A stretch of 64,000 nucleotides of DNA. It comes from a virus (lineage: Duplodnaviria; Caudoviricetes). Of this stretch, positions 50,616-59,567 are shown one piece after another (the first letter of the stretch is position 1; each line of letters starts with the position of its first letter). The position numbers and the translations under genes are program-made. The notes under the pieces are model-generated. The model saw only the letters and a list, made by a program, of their open reading frames with translations, was not told the origin of the DNA and ran no database searches. The stretch covers positions 1,209 to 65,208 of the IMG/VR virus record IMGVR_UViG_3300012208_000003; one strand, written 5' to 3'.

Positions 50616-50936
50616 ATGTTACCAGATGGCCGTTATGCAACCCCTTGCGGACCCGGTATCTATCGGTTGATTTGGCTGAAAACCGTCGTTGGTGATTTGG
50701 GAGAAATAGACCGAGGGATGTTTGGCAAGCGCATCGTGTATTACAAATTGCGAAAGAGCAGATGGCAAGCATTTGCATTTCTGAATGATGCCGGAGAGTT
50801 GCAGATTCATCGGAAGTTCCAGCTCACTTGGACGCCAGAACAGGTGGCCGCCATCCGGTCCGCAGTTATGGCGATTCAGGAAAAGCCGGAAGCAGCGCGA
50901 GATTTGTATCTCGAAGTTGTTGCAGTAAAGCAGTAA
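50616..50936 (+). CDS. hypothetical protein
   Basis: AGGAG RBS, 106 aa. Confidence 0.65.
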   Translation: MLPDGRYATPCGPGIYRLIWLKTVVGDLGEIDRGMFGKRIVYYKLRKSRWQAFAFLNDAGELQIHRKFQLTWTPEQVAAIRSAVMAIQEKPEAARDLYLEVVAVKQ

Positions 50937-50942
50937 GGCACG

Positions 50943-51043
50943 GCAGGCGAGGAGAGATGCGTCAAGGGGAGAATTGGATAGCCGAGCAGTGCAGTGGCAA
51001 GGCAGCGCAGGAACGGCTAGGGCGGACGCCGAAAAGTCCGCCC
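50943..51043 (+). ncRNA. pentamer guide-like array G with GCCGAAAA-loop hairpin
   Basis: G at 50946 to 51001 every 5 nt, GCAGC, GCAG; hairpin 51020-51043. Confidence 0.85.
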
Positions 51044-51068
51044 AAATTATTTACAAGGGGAGAAACAA

Positions 51069-51905
51069 ATGGCGACTCGCACATGGAAGGGCTTCATCAG
51101 TTTCGGCCTGTTATCAATTCCAGTCGGCCTTGCAGTAGCTGCACGGGATGAACATATCTCATTGAACATGCTGCATTCAAGTTGTAAGGGCAGAATCAGA
51201 ATGCCGCGAACATGCGAAATCTGCAAGACGGTTGTTCCATCGGAAGAAATCGTCAAAGCCTATCCGACCGGGAATGATGCGTATGTCGTTCTGACAGAAC
51301 AAGAAATCGACGCCATTGAACCGCAATCCGGCAAGACCATAGAAATCAGTCATTGTGTTCGTGCCGCTGAAGTGGATGAAGTTTATCTTGGCGAATCTTT
51401 TTTCATTCTTCCAGAGGCTCCAGGATTGAAAGCATACGGTCTTCTGGTCCGAGCATTGAAGGATTCCGGCCGAGTGGCGCTCGCGCAAATCTGCAAAAGC
51501 AATCGCGAACATATCGTATTGCTTCGGCCGCGCGGCACCGGTCTCGTGGCGCACTTTTTGTTTTACCCAAGCGAAGTCCATAAGGTCGCCGAATTCGATT
51601 CGATCGTATCGCCAGACCTATCAAAAAATGAAATCGCCCTAGCCCTAAAGTTGGTGGAGTCCTTGGCATCTGATTTTTGTCCAGATGAATTTGAGAATGG
51701 CTATGAAATGCGGCTCAGCCAATTGATTGCCAGCAAAATGGATAGTAAAGTCGCGGCTCCGACGCCGGTCAATGTCCCGACAAAAGTCCCGACAATCGAT
51801 ATCGCTAGTGCGCTTATCGCATCGCTCGCGTCTCCGAAGCGCAAGGCCGGTACAGAAGAGGCCGCTCCGAAGGGCAAAGCCAAAAAGGGCAAGAAAGCCG
51901 CCTAA
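51069..51905 (+). CDS. ku: Ku DNA end-binding protein
   Basis: WKGFISFGLLSIPV.L, EEIVKAY..YVVLT..EI, KAY.LL..AL, REH.VLLRP, ASALIASL. Confidence 0.92.
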   Translation: MATRTWKGFISFGLLSIPVGLAVAARDEHISLNMLHSSCKGRIRMPRTCEICKTVVPSEEIVKAYPTGNDAYVVLTEQEIDAIEPQSGKTIEISHCVRAAEVDEVYLGESFFILPEAPGLKAYGLLVRALKDSGRVALAQICKSNREHIVLLRPRGTGLVAHFLFYPSEVHKVAEFDSIVSPDLSKNEIALALKLVESLASDFCPDEFENGYEMRLSQLIASKMDSKVAAPTPVNVPTKVPTIDIASALIASLASPKRKAGTEEAAPKGKAKKGKKAA

Positions 51906-52335
51906 CCCATGCCTATTTATCGTGTGCATTTACATCTGCAAGCGGATGTCCTTTCCGACGACCCTGCAGATGCAGTTCATGATGTTTCGACGCTGGTCAA
52001 AACGCAGCTTGCCAGAATCCCTCGCAGTGTTTTCGAGTGGACCATCAAAACAATCACGGCGGAGACGCTAGAGAAGAAACCGCCACAACAGACGACGGCG
52101 AGGAACAAATGAAAGACCGCTTCATCGTCAAAGTACAAGTCAGTCTGACGACCACGACGCCCGTTTCTCAGGTGCTGATCTACAACGAGGATCACTCGAT
52201 CATGCAACAATTCGACGCGTCGGACGAACTAGTCAGGCGCGTTGGGTCACGCATGAAGCGGTATATGTGGGCGCACCTTGACCGGTACGACCGTTTGCAT
52301 CTGGACGAAGATGCGCCGACCCAGGAGTGGTGACA

Positions 52336-52518
52336 ATGGCCGACACATTGCTTCCGCTTCACATCGTTGCCAAGCGATTATCAATCGCCTTGCCAACCAT
52401 CCGTGCGTGGGTTTGGCAGCACAAGATTGAATTTGTACGCATCGGCCGGTGCGTCCGAATCCGCGAATCGGTCGTTGAAGATTTGATCAAGAAGGGAACC
52501 GTTCCAGCAAAAGAGTAA
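52336..52518 (+). CDS. excisionase-like HTH protein
   Basis: VAKRLSI...TIRAWV...I..VRIGR.VRI. Confidence 0.75.
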   Translation: MADTLLPLHIVAKRLSIALPTIRAWVWQHKIEFVRIGRCVRIRESVVEDLIKKGTVPAKE

Positions 52519-52530
52519 AAGGGAGGAACA

Positions 52531-53562
52531 ATGTACCGCAAATTTTTGTCTCTAGGCAATTCAAAAGAACTAGGCTACGCCTTCGATTCACAGGCTTTCG
52601 ATATGAAGGCACCGATGCACGACCATTTCCGCGCATTCCATACATACGGCGACGGCGCCGTGCAGCATTCCCCAGATTGGGCCGTGACTTTCGAACAACT
52701 CAGCGACTATCTGGCTTCGTTGGCCGAAGTGATGCAAACCGACGAAGAATTGCTGGACAGCGCCAAATACGCTCTGGGCAGACGGCCGTCAACAAAGGCG
52801 ATCGAATTTGCCGCTTCGGTCATCTGGAAAGCGGCAAAGGATACTGACAAAGTTTGGCGTCCCAAGTATTTCTCCGTCACGGAAATGAAAATCTCCTCTT
52901 CGTCGGAAAAGCGGCATGACAAGCGGTATCAGGAAATCACTGACGTCCATGACGGGACGCCGGGAGCAATTTTCCGCGTTCTCATCCCTGAGCATTCCGA
53001 TGGCATCGAGAAGTACTCTTATGCCTCGGCCATTCGCGATTGGGTGCTCGAGGGCGACAACCGCGGCTACATGCAGTTGCCTGGGCTCTTCCTCAAATGG
53101 TCGAAAGATCAGCAAGACGCGCAGAAATTGCGCGACGCTTACGAAGCTTGCTGGAATCTCGTTCAAGCCTACCAGTATCGCCACATGGCAATCGGACATT
53201 TGGAAAATTACAAACGGCATTTGCCACCGCCCGATGTAGCCAAGAGCGACGCTGCCTGAGAAACGCCAATGACGAAAACGAAGGGCGTCCTGCGCGGCGT
53301 GAAATTTTCCGGCAGCCACCAGACCTACATCGAGGCGGCGCGCGCTTATTTGATCCTCTGGAAAACGCTGCCCTCGATCAGCAAAATTGCCATCGGCATC
53401 ATCGAGCCTTGCCCTCCCGGGCAGGTTCACGTCAAATACCAACTCTTTGACCATGCCATTCGCGCGCGAGTGCGTGGTCAAGCAGCCGTTCAAACATTCT
53501 GGATCTATGGCCGGAACCTGACAGCTTTACTGCAGCAACTTGAGGAAAGGGAGAAACCATGA
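52531..53562 (+). CDS. two hypothetical proteins (52531..53259, 53269..53562)
   Basis: GGAGG RBS; operon spacing. Confidence 0.6.
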
Positions 53563-53975
53563 AAGCGAAACTGGTATTCAAAGGCTCGGAAGTACGCAAA
53601 CTAATCGACGATTCAAAGAAGGCGAAGGAACGCTCGATCCCCTATGTAGGTCCAAGGAAGAACGTTCCCGTGGGCCTGCTGCTCGTCAAAGACGATGGCG
53701 TGTATCTCATATCCAATGCCGTCACGAAACAAACTCCATCTGAATCCGGGCTCATTGCCTATGCCACCGGATATGGTCCTCCAAGCAAGCTGGTCGATCA
53801 AGATGCGCGCGGCGAGCAATATGAAAAAATACGCCGGGCCGTCGGCGGCGACGATTTTGCCGAAGCCCTGGCGATCAATCCGTCGACGGAGAAACTTATT
53901 GTCGCCGGCATGGACTTCATCGTCTATCTGACTCCCGACAAGGTAAGCATCCAAATCCGGGCGGCGGCGGCATAA
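53559..53975 (+). CDS. DUF3085-like protein
   Basis: LLVKDDGVYLISN, AYA.G..P, GGDDFAE. Confidence 0.7.
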   Translation: MKAKLVFKGSEVRKLIDDSKKAKERSIPYVGPRKNVPVGLLLVKDDGVYLISNAVTKQTPSESGLIAYATGYGPPSKLVDQDARGEQYEKIRRAVGGDDFAEALAINPSTEKLIVAGMDFIVYLTPDKVSIQIRAAAA

Positions 53976-53979
53976 GGCC

Positions 53980-56321
53980 ATGACTCTCGATAAAGCCCTC
54001 AATGCGTTGCCTGACATCCTATTGGCCAATGTGGACCTGGGCCACCAAAAGACTCCAGCCGATTTGCTGTTCATGGCGGAAACAGAATTAAGCCTCTTCG
54101 AAGAAGGTGAACCCGAGACGGAGATCAAAAGCGCCAAAGATGTGCGTGAAGTCAAAGCCTACATTAAGATGATGCGCAAAGAGTGCAAGCCATGATCGAG
54201 AACGCTCAACGGCAAGCCTGCGGCAATTGCGGCAAGGGAGATTTTGCCGTTTACATCACGCGGTCGGCAATCAAAGCCTACACCAAATATATCGTCGAAT
54301 GCCTCAACTGCAAGAGCACCACCATCATTCAGCCAATGCCAGCCAAACTCGAAGCAGTTTTTGGCGAAGGCAGCGAAGGTATCCTATGCACTCTATCCAC
54401 GATCGAATAACGATTCCGGCGTTCCTCTCGCACTTACCGGTCCATCAAGGACTCCCCGTACCGTTCACCGTGCTCTATGTGAAGGGTATCCCGGACTTCC
54501 GGGTGATCGATCCTGTCAAGCGCAGCGCCTGCGTCCTGCAGAAACTCTGCGCCATCTGCGGCCGGGCGCTTGGTGAATACGCCTGGTTCATCGGAGGCCC
54601 GAAATCCATTGAGGGTTCACACCTGTTCATGGACCCACCACAGCATGAACATTGCGCCAGGTTCGCCATCGAAATCTGCCCGTTTCTCAGTGGCAGGGTT
54701 ACAGAAACCAATCGCACCAGGCCGATTCCGATTGAAAGTGGCGACGTCCCGCTAGTGACTCCCACGCGCAGCGAAAAGATTGGGATGCGCCGCACTAAGA
54801 AATACCGCCTGGTGAATTACCAGGGCTATGCGCTTATCGAAGTCATCCGCTGGTATGGCCTGCCAATCTGGTTGGCCTAGAAAGGAAGGGAACAATGAAA
54901 ATGCAATACGCAGCGCTTGAAAGGTTGCGCGAAGCTGAATCGTTCATCGGCAGTCCCGTGAATAGCTTGTTCATGGACGAACTGTCGGGGCGGCCGCGCC
55001 AGCAATGGCTCGATTCCGTGCGCGACATTCTACGCGCCAATGGCATCGAGCCGGAAAACCTGGAGGGACCATGGCACACATTCTGAAACCGCAACCAAAA
55101 CACACGAAACTCAGCAAGGTAACCGGGATTCCCTACCAATGTAAATCGTGCGGGAAGATCCAAATCGATACCGGCTATCAGGGAAGCGAAATAACCAATT
55201 GCAATCGAACCAATTGCCACGGCGACGATGTCCGGCCTGCTGGCCCATTGCAAACTTTTCGATTCATAGTCTATTCCAATGTTCGCATCAAGCGGAGGAA
55301 ACGTGTGCAACTCAAAAACTCCAAACCGTGATGTTAGCAAACTCGATCGCTGGGTATGGGACGTATCGATCGACCATCCAATTGCTTTCTGGCTGGCTGT
55401 CGTCGTCATTGGCTCCACGTTTGCCATTCCGCTGGCCATGTTCTTGAACTGGCTAGCTGCTCGCTGAGGGAGATTATGAAATTCAAAGAGCTCGATCGCT
55501 GGCTCCAGGATTTGCGCATCGAAGAGCCAGTGTACTTCTGGTTCCTTGCCACAGCGGCAGTTGGTTTCGTACTGGTCATCATCCCGCTGGCTATTTTCCA
55601 TTTGCTAGCCAGTTTCTAAAGGAGACCAATGGTCTGCATAAAAATCATTGCCAATGCTTTGCTGATTCCAAGGCCGGAAGATGGCCAGTACATCAAGGAG
55701 TTCCACCCGGACACCGATGAACTTGGCCTTGGAACGCTGGTCACCACGTCAAACATCACCGAGGCCATGCAGTTTGCCAATTCCGAAGAAGCGATGAAAT
55801 TCTATCGGCAACAAAGCAAACGGTGCCCACTTCGCATGGATGGCATGCCAAATCGACCGCTGACAGCTTTCACGGTTCAGATTGCGAGGTTCAATGCCGC
55901 GCCCTAAACGCGCAGTTCCGATTGAACGATATACGGCCATGTCATTGGCTCAAGTATCAGAACAGCTTGGCCTGACGCCGATGCGAATTTGGCAGATCGA
56001 ACAGAAGGCCCTCGAGAAAATCCGCCAGGAACTGATTGCGCGAGGGATTGTCACTCCATCTGGGAGGTGGGCAAGCCGATGATTTGTACACCTTGTCAGC
56101 AGCCACTTGAAGAAGGCCAAGCGGCCATCTTTGGCCTGGACCGCGGCGATGGCACCTTAACTTTTGGTTGGACATGTTGCCACCAGCCCGTGGGAGACGT
56201 TGCCGTAATTCTTGGCTCCATGGTCTGCACGGAGAAATGGCTAAATGGAAATCCACAGTACGTGGATGTCATCAGCATCCTGATTCAGAACCATAAGCAT
56301 GCAAGAGAGGCAAGCCGATGA
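53980..56321 (+). CDS. run of small hypothetical genes, including a sigma70-region-4-like HTH (55894..56082)
   Basis: Coupled ORFs; MSLAQVSEQLGLT..RI.QIEQKALEKIR. Confidence 0.55.
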
Positions 56322-56809
56322 CTCGCAAAGAATTTGGATCCGAACGCACTGTTTGTAGTTGCAAGGTTTGCAGAAAAAATTGTGAAGTGATGCCAGGTTT
56401 TTTGCTCCCAAGCGATTTAACTCGAATGGTTCCAGCCGATGCGGAACCATTCGCCTGGGCCGAAACAAATCTCTTGGCTTCACCTGGCGCTTTGGTGATG
56501 AAAGGTCGCACGCAATTTCGAATTCCAACACTTGTTCCGGCCGTCCGGGCCGATGGCAGCTGCAAGAATCTCACGCCCGAAGGTCTTTGCGCCATACACG
56601 AAATCAGCCCGTTTGGCTGTGCCTTTTTCGATTGCCATGGTGGCCCCGGGCAAGACCATCTAGCCAATATCGGCTTGCAGGCGATCTATAAATCCATGTT
56701 TGTGGACCTACACAGTCTCTATAGGCGGCTTTGGACGCACTTGGCCGAACGCGGGCTCGTCCAACAAGCCGCGGAAGTGCTACGCGCCAAAATGAGAAAG
56801 CAACTCTAA
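56318..56809 (+). CDS. Cys-cluster (YkgJ/CxxCxxCC-like) protein
   Basis: CSCKVC..NC, C..L..GLCAIH..SPFGC.FFDC. Confidence 0.7.
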   Translation: MTRKEFGSERTVCSCKVCRKNCEVMPGFLLPSDLTRMVPADAEPFAWAETNLLASPGALVMKGRTQFRIPTLVPAVRADGSCKNLTPEGLCAIHEISPFGCAFFDCHGGPGQDHLANIGLQAIYKSMFVDLHSLYRRLWTHLAERGLVQQAAEVLRAKMRKQL

Positions 56810-57309
56810 TGATCAAATGGGAACCGCTCCAGCCAGCAATTGCCGTTTCTCGCATACCGGACCAGGACATTAGAAATCGCGCAGAACAGAAAAATGCGAA
56901 GGAAGCGAAAGTTTTCAGAAACAATCTCTTCACCGTCCACAAACGCGAAAGGCCAATCGTCGATAAAGATGGAGTCGAAGTTGGGACACTAATCCAACTC
57001 TCTATCCACGATCACGCTCGCAGCACACGCCGCGATTGGCGGCACTTCCAAAGAATCAAAAATGAATTGCTTGGCCCGGAGGAAGAAGCCGTTGAACTCT
57101 TTCCAGCCGAATCCAGATTGGTCGACACATCCAATGAATATTTTTTATGGAGCATCAAAGGCTGGAAGTGGCCAGTTGGATTTAACGAACGGTGGGTTTC
57201 AGAAGGCGGCTATGACATCGGTGCCCGGCAGCGCAAATGGGACGACGAAAGCCGGCCCGCCGATTGCCGCGATATCACAAAAAAGGATATCGAGGATTAT
57301 CTGAAATGA
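56809..57309 (+). CDS. hypothetical phage protein
   Basis: DW..FQRIKNEL.G.E.EAVELFP.ESRLVD..N. Confidence 0.65.
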   Translation: MIKWEPLQPAIAVSRIPDQDIRNRAEQKNAKEAKVFRNNLFTVHKRERPIVDKDGVEVGTLIQLSIHDHARSTRRDWRHFQRIKNELLGPEEEAVELFPAESRLVDTSNEYFLWSIKGWKWPVGFNERWVSEGGYDIGARQRKWDDESRPADCRDITKKDIEDYLK

Positions 57310-57319
57310 GTTTGCCGTG

Positions 57320-57429
57320 GCAGGAGAGGAGAGATAAGGCTCGGAGAGAAGAAGGCGAGGCTAATCCGGGCGTGGTCAGCACTGTTACGGCAAGGCAGGA
57401 ACGGCTAGGGCGACGCCGCGAAGTCGCCC
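57320..57429 (+). ncRNA. pentamer guide-like array H with GCCGCGAA-loop hairpin
   Basis: GCAG, 14 units (one hexamer), GCAG; hairpin 57408-57429. Confidence 0.85.
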
Positions 57430-57453
57430 ATCTTTAAAAAGGGAGAAACAGAA

Positions 57454-58557
57454 ATGAAGGCAACGATTTTGTATTACAACGATTTGGCAACAGGCGGAAG
57501 CAGCGACAAGGAATACCGCGTTCAGATTGAGCATTTCAAAAAGGGCCAGTGGAATCCGGCACCACAATTGGAAGGCTACGTCGTGCTATTCCAGTACGGG
57601 CGCCGCGGCGGAACACTCACGGCTGGTCATAAATGCGATCCGGTTCAACTCGCAGAAGCAGAACGCATCTACGACAAATTGGTCCGCGAAAAAACTTCAA
57701 AGGGCTACGTCGGCGCGGAGGCCGGCACCGCGGCTCCGCTCGCGCCAGTCGAACCGCCAGACAATAGTACGCGGACACAGTTCCCGGTCGAGCTGCTCGA
57801 GGAAGTCACGCGGGAAGAAGCAGAACTATTGGTTAAAGATGACCGCTACCTTCTGCAAACCAAACTCGACGGGCATCGCCGTCAAATTGAAAAGACAAAG
57901 ACCGGCGATTTTGTGGGTTATAACAAGAAAGGCGAGCCAGTTGCCCTCTCGGCAGAGTTGGTCAAGAGTCTCAAAGCCATCACCCTTGATTCTTTTTTCC
58001 TTGATGGCGAGATCATCGGCGACAAGTATTACGCCTTCGATATTTTCTTTGCTGATGGCACGAATATCAGAACCATGCCTTATGAAAAGCGCTGGCTGCT
58101 TCTTGATGAGAAGGCTCCGGATTTCGCGGTCGATACCTGGCATTCAACGGCTCAGAAGCAAGCCGCCCTAGCATTGCTTCTGAAACGACGCGCTGAAGGT
58201 ATTTGTTTCAAACGCAAAGATGCACCTTATCGCGCAGGTCGGAACGGTCAACATAAGAAATTCAAATTCCTAAAGAGTGCTAGTTGCAAGGTCATTGGAA
58301 TGGGTCACAAAGGTCACAATTCTGCGACACTCGCACTGCTCGACAAAGGCAAATGGCGCGAAGTTGGTCGTGTCAGTTTGAACGGGAAAGATTCACGAAT
58401 CAAGCTTGGCTCGATTCTTGAAATCACATTTTTATATGTCGGAAGTGGCGGCCGTTTGTATCAACCGCGCGTCAAGGAAATGCGCACAGATATAGCCGAA
58501 TCGGAATGCGTTTTCGCTCAACTCAAGAAGGCTTTCAAAGAAGGGATTGCAGCCTAA
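57454..58557 (+). CDS. WGR-domain ATP-dependent DNA ligase
   Basis: SDKEY..YGRRG..KGY; KLDG.R, LDGE, AFD, EGICFK..Y..GR, KFK, QPR..R.D. Confidence 0.88.
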   Translation: MKATILYYNDLATGGSSDKEYRVQIEHFKKGQWNPAPQLEGYVVLFQYGRRGGTLTAGHKCDPVQLAEAERIYDKLVREKTSKGYVGAEAGTAAPLAPVEPPDNSTRTQFPVELLEEVTREEAELLVKDDRYLLQTKLDGHRRQIEKTKTGDFVGYNKKGEPVALSAELVKSLKAITLDSFFLDGEIIGDKYYAFDIFFADGTNIRTMPYEKRWLLLDEKAPDFAVDTWHSTAQKQAALALLLKRRAEGICFKRKDAPYRAGRNGQHKKFKFLKSASCKVIGMGHKGHNSATLALLDKGKWREVGRVSLNGKDSRIKLGSILEITFLYVGSGGRLYQPRVKEMRTDIAESECVFAQLKKAFKEGIAA

Positions 58558-58567
58558 GTTTGCCGTG

Positions 58568-58671
58568 GCAGGAATGGCCAGTCCTGGCAAGTCGAGGCAA
58601 GTCGGGACCAGAATTGGCCGGGCCAGTTGCGGCAAGGCAGGAACGGCAAGCGGCGGCCGACAACGCCGCTT
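58568..58671 (+). ncRNA. pentamer guide-like array I with GCCGACAA-loop hairpin
   Basis: G at 58571 to 58636 every 5 nt, GCAG; hairpin 58648-58671. Confidence 0.85.
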
Positions 58672-58690
58672 TCTTTATCAGGAGAAACCA

Positions 58691-59408
58691 ATGAAAGCGA
58701 TTCATCTGAAGCCACAACTTGCTGGTGGGAAGATTTTCAGCACGAAAGTGGGCCGGAAGTGGACCTACATCAAAGTGCGCCTGGCAACAAAAACGATCAA
58801 GCGCGCAATCGCAATGGCCGGGAACTAGATGTTAAACCGTGCTCGACAGCCAATCCGTTACTGGATTGCCCGGACATTTTTAGAAGCGCTGTGGTTCATC
58901 TGTGGACTGAACAGAAAGCAATGAAAGGAGAAACTATGGGAGGCGAAGAATTCTTCACTGAAAGAAGGGGGAGCGATTTGGAAGCTACGTTCCGCGAAGC
59001 AGTAGAAAAAGCGCAATACGACCATGGGCACAGCGGCTACACCGGAACCATTGGCGAAAAAGTGAGTGCGATTCTTCGCGCTACCGTCGGTACCTGGGGC
59101 GAGGCGCGCGAATTCGCCCGGAACGATTTGCGCAAGAATGGCGATGACCACGACAAGTGGGGTCCAGCCTGGGCAGTGAAAGTGACCGAACCAGGCAATG
59201 TAGGCTTCCTCTTTTACGGCGTGGCGAGTTCCTGACCATGAAGAAAAAGAAGAAGCGTGATTGGTCAAAGGTCATCGAAGAACTTTGCCTGTGCGGCCAC
59301 AAAAAATCGCAGCATGGTGGAGTAGTTCATCATCTTGAGTGCTTCCAATGCGCTTGCACGCGATTCACTTGGAAAGCATTCCTCAATAAGCAAGGGAAGC
59401 AAATTTAG
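58691..59408 (+). CDS. three small hypothetical genes (58691..58828, 58936..59235, 59238..59408)
   Basis: AGGAG RBSs; GHSGYTGTIGEK..DKWGPA motif in the second. Confidence 0.55.
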
Positions 59409-59428
59409 ACAAAGTTTGCCATGTCAAG

Positions 59429-59543
59429 GCAGGTAGGGCATGGCGCGGCGCGGCTTGGTTGGCCATGGAATGGCTTGGCAGGCAGCGGCGCCGCAGGCAT
59501 GGCAAAGAAGGACGGCAAAGCCGGAGAGCCGCGAATCTCCGGC
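59429..59543 (+). ncRNA. pentamer guide-like array J with GCCGCGAA-loop hairpin
   Basis: G at 59432 to 59487 every 5 nt, GCGCC, GCAG; hairpin 59520-59543. Confidence 0.85.
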
Positions 59544-59567
59544 ACTAACTAAAAGGGAGAAACGAAA

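Noticed and set aside
52336-52518. Prophage or integration module
   Set aside because: Excisionase-like HTH only; no integrase, att site or host flank in the window
27837-59543. Pentamer arrays as CRISPR arrays or simple microsatellites
   Set aside because: No identical 25-45 nt repeats, no cas genes; four of five positions vary and carry gene-matching information
27837-59543. Pentamer arrays as G-quadruplex elements or short peptide genes (e.g. ORF 59440..59661)
   Set aside because: Many units have single Gs; 5-nt periodicity conflicts with coding; overlapping ORFs lack RBSs
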